64,000 nt of DNA from a virus. Position 1 is the stretch's first letter; every line of letters starts with the position of its first letter. This document shows, in pieces, positions 17,251-25,295 of the stretch. Under the pieces are notes generated by a model. It had not been told where the DNA came from. It searched no databases and saw nothing but the letters and a program-made list of their open reading frames with translations. The stretch is from the IMG/VR virus record IMGVR_UViG_3300050821_002228, one strand, 5' to 3'. The translations under genes were made by a program, and so were the position numbers.

Positions 17251-17336
17251 GGAAGGTCCGACATTTGGCGTGTCAAGCGCGTTGGAAGCGCGTGCCGGTT
17301 TAACACCCGGGGTCGGTTCGAATCCGGCACCTTCCG
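17251..17336 (+). tRNA. tRNA-Ser(GGA), atypical D-arm
   Basis: GGAAGGT/ACCTTCC acceptor, G73, GCGCG-TTGGAAG-CGCGT, long variable arm; C8-C9. Confidence 0.85.
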
Positions 17337-17338
17337 CC

Positions 17339-17743
17339 CTACGGCAACCAGTCAAGCCCTACGTAGAACCGGATGGCGTTCATATCCCGCTTATCCAACC
17401 CAACATGCGGATCGGTACCTACGAACAGGGCACGGCGGCCGGTCGCATGGACCCGGTCGGCTAGGTCCGGCATCGCCTGCCCGTGGAACATGTCGTCCAC
17501 CCACACCAGCGGCCGTGGCGCGCCGTACAGCGGCACCTGGTCCTTACTGACCACCGGCAGATCCGGCAGCCCCAGATCTGGGGACAGTTCAGTGTTGGCC
17601 TGGTAGCCCCATGACGTGGCCCATACGAGTTCGCAGGTGTCAGACAGTTCCCGTAGCCACACGCCGTGTTCCGGGTTGAGTTCGAAATCTCCCCGGAACG
17701 GCAACAGGACACCGTCCACGTCTAACGCAATGACTGGTTTCAC
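17339..17743 (-). CDS. HAD phosphatase of the Swiss-Army-Knife RNA-repair-like type
   Basis: IALDVDGVL motif I, VWATSW, LGLPDLPVV and RPLVWVDD motif IV. Confidence 0.75.
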   Translation of the reverse strand: MKPVIALDVDGVLLPFRGDFELNPEHGVWLRELSDTCELVWATSWGYQANTELSPDLGLPDLPVVSKDQVPLYGAPRPLVWVDDMFHGQAMPDLADRVHATGRRALFVGTDPHVGLDKRDMNAIRFYVGLDWLP

Positions 17744-17779
17744 AGTTCCTCCGTCAATGGCCGCCGTGGGCTGCCCCTG

Positions 17780-17977
17780 CTAGAGGCGGTAGCCGGGTGA
17801 GGTGGTGCGTGCGGCGTTTTCGAACGTGTCCAGCCGCCGCCGCAGTTCCCGGCATTCCTGGTACAGCCGGTGGAGTTCCCGTACAAGCGCCCGCATCGCC
17901 TCAACCGACATGTACATGCCCGGCTGCGCATTCTCCAACGCCGCCAGCAACGCCGGGAATTCGTCTTGGTTATCCAT
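17780..17977 (-). CDS. Small coiled-coil hypothetical protein
   Basis: 65-aa ORF upstream of the HAD gene; shares a divergent intergenic region with 18002. Confidence 0.45.
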   Translation of the reverse strand: MDNQDEFPALLAALENAQPGMYMSVEAMRALVRELHRLYQECRELRRRLDTFENAARTTSPGYRL

Positions 17978-18001
17978 GCCCTAATCGTAGGAGGTTGGTT
18001 C

Positions 18002-19489
18002 ATGGCTGATCAGCCAGACGTCAAAGACGGCGTGATGATTGCCCTGTATCCGTCGGCCACCGACACGGCCCGCTATGTCCTGATCGATGGGACACCGGCG
18101 GACGAGATGCACGTGACGATGGTGTACCTGGGGCACACGGACGAGGTCGATGCGGACGCGGTGAAACGTGCCGTCGGCGCGTTGGCGCCGCGTCCGGCGT
18201 TCACCGCCAACGTGTCCGGTCATGCCCGGTTCACCGGTGATGAACAGGACGTGATCGTTGCGTTGATCGACGCCCCGGAGATTGAGCAGCTACGGCGGGA
18301 CCTGATCGACGTGCTAGCCATCGAGGACATCGGCAACGCCTCCGACCACGGGTACACGCCGCATATGACGTTGATGTACGTCAACCCCGACGATCCGGCG
18401 CCGTTCCGGCGGCTGGACACCGACCCCATCGGGTTCGACACCGTGTGGGTGGTGTATGGGGAGGAGCGGACGGCGTTTCCGCTGTCAGACGACACTGCCG
18501 AATCCATCCGCCCGTACGCCCGCACCGCCTACGCGCAGGGCTGGGCCGCATCGGGCGGCCCGATGACTGATGAGGTCCGGGCGGGGTGTATCGCGGTCAT
18601 GGACCTGTGTGTGGAACACGCCCACGAACCGGATGTCCTGGAGGTCGCGCTTCACCTGGGGCATTTGGAGGGTGTGTGGGCGCAGGTGTTCGCACGCCGG
18701 GAGGCCCTGTACAGGGCGCATATTCATGCGGTGTTGAAGGCGTGGCGGGCTGCGTTGGACGGCGTGGACGTCGCCGGGGCCGTCCAGATCTTCCGCCAAC
18801 AGGTCGGCCTGTCTGAGGCGGTGGACCGGGAGGCGCTGCGTCGCATGAAGGAGGCGGCTAGAAACGCCGCTGTGCGCCTGTTGCAGTGGGTCCCGGGTAA
18901 GGCGGCGTGGCAGGGGCTGCGGGACGCTATGCGGGCTGTGGTGACGTCTGGGCGGGCTGAGGGGTATGCGTCGGCGTTGGCGGTTGCGGCGTCGAAACAG
19001 CAGATGATCGGCTTCGACTTCGACATTGCGTTCCAACACGCCTATGACGCCATGGAGAACCTGGGTGATGCGTGGGCGGCGGCTGATCCGTGGTTGGAGC
19101 GGATGGTGGGGCGGGCGGCGGACGAGTTCGGCCGGACACTAGGGGATCTCGCATCACAGGGCGCCGACTATGAACAGATGGTCGCGGCCGGGCTGGACGT
19201 GTTGCAGGACACCACGGCGGACAGGGACATTGTCGGGTTCATTGTGGACTGGGCGGCGTCTACCGGCATGTCTAGGGGCGCGTTGGACCTGTATGCGTCT
19301 GAGGGTGTGCAGCAGGTGTCTTGGCTGACCGCCGGTGACGGCCGTGTGTGTCCTGTGTGTGAGACCAACGGGCAGGAATCGCCGTTCCTGATCACCGACT
19401 TCCCGACGATGCCCGCGCATCCGCTGTGCCGGTGTGTGGCGTCAGCGGAGTTCACTCTTTCCCCCGACTACGGGGGTTTCTTCACGTAG
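18002..19489 (+). CDS. MuF/SPP1 gp7-like minor head protein with an N-terminal 2H phosphoesterase domain (495 aa)
   Basis: AGGAGG RBS. HVTMVYLG and PHMTL 2H motifs in the first ~160 aa. C-terminal WLTAGDGRVCPVC...HPLCRC MuF signature. Confidence 0.85.
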   Translation: MADQPDVKDGVMIALYPSATDTARYVLIDGTPADEMHVTMVYLGHTDEVDADAVKRAVGALAPRPAFTANVSGHARFTGDEQDVIVALIDAPEIEQLRRDLIDVLAIEDIGNASDHGYTPHMTLMYVNPDDPAPFRRLDTDPIGFDTVWVVYGEERTAFPLSDDTAESIRPYARTAYAQGWAASGGPMTDEVRAGCIAVMDLCVEHAHEPDVLEVALHLGHLEGVWAQVFARREALYRAHIHAVLKAWRAALDGVDVAGAVQIFRQQVGLSEAVDREALRRMKEAARNAAVRLLQWVPGKAAWQGLRDAMRAVVTSGRAEGYASALAVAASKQQMIGFDFDIAFQHAYDAMENLGDAWAAADPWLERMVGRAADEFGRTLGDLASQGADYEQMVAAGLDVLQDTTADRDIVGFIVDWAASTGMSRGALDLYASEGVQQVSWLTAGDGRVCPVCETNGQESPFLITDFPTMPAHPLCRCVASAEFTLSPDYGGFFT

Positions 19490-19498
19490 GAGCGGTTT

Positions 19499-19819
19499 AT
19501 GCCTGCCCCATTGTTCACGCCGTCCACGGACGGCGACACCACGGCCGTGGTTGCGTCCGGCACCACCGGCAACACGTTGATCAAGACGGGTCCTGGCACG
19601 TTAGGCCGTGTCCTGGTGACGTCCGCGAACGGCGCGGCAGCGATCAACATCTATGACGCGAACAGCCCGGCGTCCGGCGCGGCCACCGGAACGATCATCG
19701 GGGTGGTTCCGGCGTCGGCGACTGTCGGCAGCGTTTACACGCTGGGGATGCCGTTTGAGGCCGGGTGTTTGGTTGTTGGTGCCGCCACCAACGGCGCGTT
19801 GACTATCAGTTTCCATTAG
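19499..19819 (+). CDS. Small probable virion protein
   Basis: Thr/Gly/Ala-rich beta protein with AGGAG RBS inside the head operon. Confidence 0.55.
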   Translation: MPAPLFTPSTDGDTTAVVASGTTGNTLIKTGPGTLGRVLVTSANGAAAINIYDANSPASGAATGTIIGVVPASATVGSVYTLGMPFEAGCLVVGAATNGALTISFH

Positions 19820-19828
19820 GAGTCCACA

Positions 19829-21904
19829 GTGGGTGCTCTCGCCACTATCAGCGGCGTGGCGTTGGTGCCGGGGCTTTCCCGCAACAACCGCCTGTACACG
19901 CCGGAGATCATCGGTAAGGCCGCTAAGCGGATGCAGGAACGGCTGTCCGACCCGAACGGGCTGCCGATTGTGATGCGGACCCATCATGAGGCCGGGGACG
20001 ATTCGGCGCGGATCGTGGGCCGGGTGACGTCGGTGAAGGTCGATAACGATTCGGCGTTGCGGTATGACGCGGAACTGTTCGACACCAGCCACGGCCGCAC
20101 TATCGCGTCGTTGGTGAAACCAGGCGGTAAGCAGGCACCGGCGCTGCGGTCGGTGTCGATCCACGGGTACTGGATGGGGGATCCGCGCAGCGTCACGTAT
20201 CAGGGGGAGCATGCGACGACTGCCGACGATTTGGAGATTGACGCGATCGATTTCACGGCGTCGCCGGGGGTTGATCGGGCGTTGATCGACGCCGGTGGTA
20301 AGGCGCGGGAGTCGGTAGACGGTTTGCGGCGGGTACCGATCAGCGAATCCATGGAAGCCACTATCACCGTGGTTGAGGAAGGTTCGGGTTGGGCTGATAT
20401 CGGCCACACGGTGAAGGAAGGTGGTGTTTCTATGGCGTCGGAAAAGGAATTGCCGGACCGCTGGTGGATTTATGAGGCGAAGTATTCCGCCGACGATATG
20501 AAGTCGCTGTTGGCTAAGGGCCATGCGATGAAGAACGCGTCGGGGGAACCGTCGTACCCTATTGCGGATGTCTCGGACCTGAAGAAGGCTATTCGGGCGG
20601 TTGGCCGGGGTAAGGCTAGCCACGACGCGGTCCGTAAGCACATCATGAAGCGTGCAAAAGCTCTTGGTCAGGCAGCGTTGATCCCCGACAACTGGAATGC
20701 GGATGGTTCGATGAAAGAACATGAGGTCCGCATGGGCGACATCACCGAATACTTCGGTGGCGACGGCGGAGAGGCGTCGGGGTTCTGCCTGGACGCGTAC
20801 AGCGGCCCCCTGTCGGTGTCTATCCGGGGTTGTGTGTCGCCGGACCAGTTGCGGGCGGCGGCGCAGGCAGCGGCTAAGGCGGCTATGGACGCTATCAACG
20901 TGATGGACCCGGACAACGACGCCGACATTGATGTGATGGGCGAGGCGGGTGGGTCCAGCGCTGATGACGACATGACGGACGTGTATGGGGAGTCGTTTGC
21001 TACGGGCGGCCGGGTGCGGGGTCCGAGGGACGACCGGAACACCATCACGATCAATGTGAAGCCGGTGATGAACGAGGAGTCGTTCGATTTGATCCGGAAG
21101 CAGATGGAGCAGTTGACGGCCCGGTTTGGGATCCCGGCGCCTGCGGAGACGGCGGCGGCCGGTGATGCGGTTGCGGAGATGACGTTGCCGCCCGACGACC
21201 ACGGCCACACCCACGACGGGGCCGACCCGCACACCCATTCCCACACGCACATTCACGAGTCGGAGGGTGACGGGCCGCAGTACAGCCACGGTCACACCCA
21301 CACGCATGTGCATTCCAGTGGTGACGGCCCGGCGCATGAGCATGGCCACAACCACATCCACGTGACTTCTCCGGCGGCGACGGCGGAGACGGTTGAACAG
21401 GTTGACAACACTTTGGAGGAGTCCGCTGTGAGCGAGACCGAGAACACGACGGCCGCTGAGGCGGCTCCCACGAACCGCGCGTTCAGCGCCGAGGACATGA
21501 AGCTCCTCGGGGAGACCATCGGGGGTGTGATGGCTGAGGCCATCCGCGCTCTTGGTGAGACGCGGGAACCGAAGCACGCTGCTACCACGCAGGAGACGGC
21601 CGAGCCGGTTGTCCCTGTCCAGGCTGCCGAGAACGCCGCTAAGGCTGGCGTTGAGGAGAAGGCGCCGGTGGACATGGACACGTTGAAGGAGTCTTTGGCA
21701 CGGGAGCTGCGGAAGGAACTGCGCGACGAGTTGCGTGGCGAGTTCCTGAAGGAGAACGGGCTGCCGCCGCGTCGGGGCTACCGCCTGTCGGAAAACGACG
21801 AGGAGACGGTGGAGCTGACGGACGCGGAGCTGTTCGACAAGCACCGCGTTGACATGCTGCTGGGGATGTACGCGAAGGCCCCGGCGCCGGGCACGGCAGC
21901 CTAA
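19829..21904 (+). CDS. Capsid maturation protease/scaffold fusion with a His-rich insert
   Basis: SRNNRLY, THH, SVSIHG and IDFTASPGV protease motifs; PIADVSDLKKAI...IPDNW domain; acidic coiled-coil C-terminus; directly before the capsid gene. Confidence 0.8.
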   Translation: MGALATISGVALVPGLSRNNRLYTPEIIGKAAKRMQERLSDPNGLPIVMRTHHEAGDDSARIVGRVTSVKVDNDSALRYDAELFDTSHGRTIASLVKPGGKQAPALRSVSIHGYWMGDPRSVTYQGEHATTADDLEIDAIDFTASPGVDRALIDAGGKARESVDGLRRVPISESMEATITVVEEGSGWADIGHTVKEGGVSMASEKELPDRWWIYEAKYSADDMKSLLAKGHAMKNASGEPSYPIADVSDLKKAIRAVGRGKASHDAVRKHIMKRAKALGQAALIPDNWNADGSMKEHEVRMGDITEYFGGDGGEASGFCLDAYSGPLSVSIRGCVSPDQLRAAAQAAAKAAMDAINVMDPDNDADIDVMGEAGGSSADDDMTDVYGESFATGGRVRGPRDDRNTITINVKPVMNEESFDLIRKQMEQLTARFGIPAPAETAAAGDAVAEMTLPPDDHGHTHDGADPHTHSHTHIHESEGDGPQYSHGHTHTHVHSSGDGPAHEHGHNHIHVTSPAATAETVEQVDNTLEESAVSETENTTAAEAAPTNRAFSAEDMKLLGETIGGVMAEAIRALGETREPKHAATTQETAEPVVPVQAAENAAKAGVEEKAPVDMDTLKESLARELRKELRDELRGEFLKENGLPPRRGYRLSENDEETVELTDAELFDKHRVDMLLGMYAKAPAPGTAA

Positions 21905-21938
21905 CCCGAACATAGCCATAGAAAGGGCCGAATAAGAT

Positions 21939-23324
21939 ATGTCGAGCATGACCCTGTTGGAAGAGGCGGTGACGACCGCTGGTACGGTCACGCCCCTCAT
22001 CCCGAAGGCGATTGACCCCGTCCTTCTCGAATACCAGCGCCGGTACTCGCCGATGCTGGCAGCGATTCCCACGAAGCAGTGGAATTCCACGCAGTACTTC
22101 TTCAACCGTCGTGTGAACCGGCCGGACTCCGGTGCGGTTATCGACGGTGGCGCCCGGCCGATCAGCAACTCCACGTACGAGCAGTCGGTGTACAACATCC
22201 GTCTGTTCCAGGCGGTTGGTTCGGTCACCGGCTTCGCGCAGACCGTTACCCGCGACATTGTGGGTGACCTGCGGCAGTTGGAGTTGGACGGGACTGTCCA
22301 GTCCATGCTGTGGACTGTGGAGAACTCGTTCATCTGGGGCAACGACCCGGCGACGACCAACGGTGTGCAGCCGATGTGCTCCGGGCTGGACTACCTGGTG
22401 TCGAACTACACCGCCGGTACCGGCTCGAACGCGTTCGTGAACGCGCAGGACGTCAACGGCAGCATCACGCTGGCGAAGTTGGACGAGCTGATTGACCTGG
22501 TGGAGTCGAACGCGGCTATGCCGATCGACGGTTCGCCGTGGATGTTCCTGATGTCCGGGCGCATGGTGTCGGCTGTGTCGCAGTTGTTCGTGAACCAGCA
22601 GCGTTTCATGGCGCCGACCACGAACCTCGGCGGCGGTCTGAACGTGCCGTCGTACCGTGGTGTTCCGATGGTGAAGTCTTCGTTCCTGTCGCCGCGTTCG
22701 TTCCAGATGGGCGCTGTGACCACGGGGACGGCGACCACTGGCGGCACGCTGGCGGCGACGACGTACTACTACCAGGTGTCGGCGGTTGTGGCGCGGTTTG
22801 GTGAGATCGCCGCCTCGACGGAGGTTTCGCAGACCACGACGGGTTCCACGAGCACGGTGACGTTGTCGTTCGCTACCCCGACGGGGTTGCCGGACAACGC
22901 GGCGCCGATCCTGTACAAGGTGTACCGCTCGACCGCTACCACCACGGAGACGCTGGTGGGTGTGGTGGACGCGTTCGACACCACGGGTGTTGCGGTGACG
23001 TCGATCACGGACACCGGGACCAACCTGCTGACGAACTCGGCGGGCAACACGGGCCCGGCGGCGTATGTCGGTACGAACGCGGGTGCTAAGCCGCGTCCGG
23101 TTCCGGCGGCGAACACGTTCAACGCGTACGAGGACATCTACCTGTTGTCGATGGACCCGAACTTCCTGGTTCGTCCGTACACCCGCAACATGCAGATCCT
23201 GCCGTTGGCGCCGACGGTGACGGCGCCGGACACGCTGCCGTTCGCTGTTCTGACGGACACGACGTTGGCGTTGCGTGCGCCGAAGTACGCGGGCCGTTTG
23301 TCTCGGGTGGTTGCGAACATCTGA
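21939..23324 (+). CDS. Major capsid protein (HK97 fold) with an inserted Ig/Fn3-like domain
   Basis: Follows the protease; GSVTGFAQ, ENSFIWG and LAKLDELID capsid-like segments; followed by a strong terminator. Confidence 0.8.
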   Translation: MSSMTLLEEAVTTAGTVTPLIPKAIDPVLLEYQRRYSPMLAAIPTKQWNSTQYFFNRRVNRPDSGAVIDGGARPISNSTYEQSVYNIRLFQAVGSVTGFAQTVTRDIVGDLRQLELDGTVQSMLWTVENSFIWGNDPATTNGVQPMCSGLDYLVSNYTAGTGSNAFVNAQDVNGSITLAKLDELIDLVESNAAMPIDGSPWMFLMSGRMVSAVSQLFVNQQRFMAPTTNLGGGLNVPSYRGVPMVKSSFLSPRSFQMGAVTTGTATTGGTLAATTYYYQVSAVVARFGEIAASTEVSQTTTGSTSTVTLSFATPTGLPDNAAPILYKVYRSTATTTETLVGVVDAFDTTGVAVTSITDTGTNLLTNSAGNTGPAAYVGTNAGAKPRPVPAANTFNAYEDIYLLSMDPNFLVRPYTRNMQILPLAPTVTAPDTLPFAVLTDTTLALRAPKYAGRLSRVVANI

Positions 23325-23330
23325 TTCGTT

Positions 23331-23365
23331 CTACCGGCCGCCGGGGTCCATTCGGCGGCCGGTAG
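23331..23365 (+). terminator. Terminator after the capsid gene
   Basis: CTACCGGCCGCCG/CGGCGGCCGGTAG 13-bp stem. Confidence 0.8.
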
Positions 23366-23375
23366 TGTGGTGACG

Positions 23376-23543
23376 ATGGCTACCTGTGGATCTTGCAGCG
23401 GTAAAGGTAAGCACCCGTGCGAACACGGGGAGACTGATAGTCACCCCAACGGGACACAGCACGGTGTTCCGGTGTGGTGTTACGGGTGGTCGGTGTGTGC
23501 GTCGTGTCAGGGGACGGGTGAGACGCCACCCCCGAAGCAGTGA
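23376..23543 (+). CDS. Small DnaJ-type zinc-finger protein (55 aa; not in the ORF track)
   Basis: MATCGSCSGKG...CASCQGTG paired CxxCxGxG motifs. Confidence 0.55.
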   Translation: MATCGSCSGKGKHPCEHGETDSHPNGTQHGVPVWCYGWSVCASCQGTGETPPPKQ

Positions 23544-23549
23544 GTGATC

Positions 23550-23580
23550 AACCCCCCGGTCTAGTTGGCCGGGGGGTTGT
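23550..23580. terminator. Bidirectional terminator at the convergent junction
   Basis: AACCCCCCGGTC-tagtt-GGCCGGGGGGTT followed by GTTTG. Confidence 0.75.
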
Positions 23581-23595
23581 TTGTGCAGTGTGGGG

Positions 23596-23829
23596 TTACG
23601 CGGCGGGCAACATCACGACGGCCGAGATGCCTTTCGCGCGGTATGCGGTGTAGTGGACTTTGCCGAAAATTTCACGGCCGCCATTCGGCAGTTCGTTCTG
23701 TTCGAACAACGCCGTCATGACGTCGGTGACGTGGGCGTACTCGGTTTCGCCGTCCCGGCGGACCGGTGCGACCACCTGTGCGTTCATGTCCTCGTCGAGC
23801 AGGCGGTTGATGAGTTCGCGGACGGTCAT
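23596..23829 (-). CDS. Hypothetical protein
   Basis: CGGAGGAG RBS; MTVRELINRL start typical of small phage proteins. Confidence 0.55.
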   Translation of the reverse strand: MTVRELINRLLDEDMNAQVVAPVRRDGETEYAHVTDVMTALFEQNELPNGGREIFGKVHYTAYRAKGISAVVMLPAA

Positions 23830-24047
23830 GGCTCCTCCGTGGCGTTCCAGTGTTCGGCTAGCCATGCGAGCATGGCGGGGATGCGGTCGTTGTCGTAGAA
23901 CGGGTCCTCGTCGGTGCAGCGGATCCGGTCGGCGAGGTCGGGGCGGAGTAGAACGAGGACGTTGAACATGAACTGTCCCTGACGCTGTTCGGGTGGCCGG
24001 TTGGCGTTCATCTGACTGAGTGTCAGGTAGGTTTCGTAGCTGACCAT
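23826..24047 (-). CDS. Hypothetical protein
   Basis: 73 aa; RPDLADRIRCTDEDPFY; overlap-coupled. Confidence 0.55.
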   Translation of the reverse strand: MVSYETYLTLSQMNANRPPEQRQGQFMFNVLVLLRPDLADRIRCTDEDPFYDNDRIPAMLAWLAEHWNATEEP

Positions 24048-24051
24048 CAGG

Positions 24052-24633
24052 TCACGTGATCTCCAGTCGGGTGTTGATCTCGGTCAGGGTTGTCTCGTGA
24101 TCGGCGAGCCGGTCCAGCATCATCTGATCGACGGGGTACGCGCGGTACGCGCACGCCTCAGCGATCTCGATCACCGCACGGGCGATGTGGTACACGTCGC
24201 CGTCGGGGTTGTTGTCGTACAGCCACCACCCCGCCGCCTCCATCCGCGCCGGGGTACGGCCGGGGTGGGGGACGTTCCGCAGTTCCTCCACCGCCCGCCG
24301 GGTGTTGTAGTGGCCGCCGTGCAGCCGTTCCAACGCCGTCACAGCGGCCGTCAGGTACGCGGCGGCCCGGTTGCGGTACTGGGTGCGCCGATCGGCTGCG
24401 ACGTCGTCAGCGTTGCGGACAGCGGCGTTCCCGGCGCGGTTCCGCAGCCAGTGGCGGCCCTGCGACGTGATGTGCCCGACCCACCGGGCGTTTTCGATGT
24501 CGATGCGGGCGAGGTTGTAGTTGGACAGGACGCGCAGGGTGGCGATGGAGGCGCCGTCACCGATGGTAATACGGCCGTGTTCGGCCATGTGGAGCAACGC
24601 GTTCCGCTGTGGCCTGGTGAGTGTGATCATCAT
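24052..24633 (-). CDS. Hypothetical protein with a winged-helix-like N-terminus
   Basis: LTRPQRNALL...ATLRVLSNYNLA...ITSQGR; CCGGAGG RBS. Confidence 0.5.
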   Translation of the reverse strand: MMITLTRPQRNALLHMAEHGRITIGDGASIATLRVLSNYNLARIDIENARWVGHITSQGRHWLRNRAGNAAVRNADDVAADRRTQYRNRAAAYLTAAVTALERLHGGHYNTRRAVEELRNVPHPGRTPARMEAAGWWLYDNNPDGDVYHIARAVIEIAEACAYRAYPVDQMMLDRLADHETTLTEINTRLEIT

Positions 24634-24711
24634 CCCTCCGGTAGATGCTGGGGTCTGGTCGTACGTGGCGTCTACACGGGCCCCGTAGCCGCCGTGTAGC
24701 GCCACGCGCGG

Positions 24712-25197
24712 TCAGCTCCCCGGCCAGTACACAACCGGGCCCTGAACGGTCTGGTAATGGACGCCGCCGACCGACAGGTACTCGGTGGTCACGTTGTAGT
24801 AGCCGCGCGGCAGCCGCCAAAACCCCTGGGCGTCGCAGATGTGGCCGGACTCGATCGCCGGGGACGTCGCGGTGTATCCGCGCAGGGGGTAGGCGCGGCG
24901 GCCGATGACCCGGTTGAGTTGGACGGTGCAGGACTTCAGGACGCCGTGCCGGTTCCACACCAGCGCGTCCGCCTCGCCGCCGAACCGGCCCATGCCGTCG
25001 TAATAGCCGTCGCAGGCGTCGGACTGGACGCCGTGGTACGTGTACGGCTGGACGTGGCCGTACTGGCGGCACTGCCAGGTGGACGGGACGGACGGCTGTC
25101 CGGGGCCGTTGGACTGTCCGGCGTACGCGGCCGGGGTGACCGCGAGTGCGGCGATTACGGCGACGCCTATGGCGGCGACGCGGGTTCGGGCGTTCAT
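24712..25197 (-). CDS. Secreted protein with a signal peptide
   Basis: MNARTRVAAIGVAVIAALAVTPAAYA (basic n-region, hydrophobic core, AxA); four Cys. Confidence 0.65.
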   Translation of the reverse strand: MNARTRVAAIGVAVIAALAVTPAAYAGQSNGPGQPSVPSTWQCRQYGHVQPYTYHGVQSDACDGYYDGMGRFGGEADALVWNRHGVLKSCTVQLNRVIGRRAYPLRGYTATSPAIESGHICDAQGFWRLPRGYYNVTTEYLSVGGVHYQTVQGPVVYWPGS

Positions 25198-25295
25198 GGT
25201 GGTTCCTCCGTTTTTCTCGGGTGACGGTCGGTGTGGCCGCCTACAGACCCCGCCGGGTTCCGGGGGAAGAGAAACCCGGTTGGGTCTGGGGGCGA

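Noticed and set aside
19601-22360. 919-aa minus-strand ORF, and similar long ORFs at 5226-6305, 11515-12738, 14451-15971, 38734-40563 and 25470-26354
   Set aside because: These are antisense shadows of real genes in high-GC DNA: Arg/Pro/His-rich, with no motifs and no RBS.
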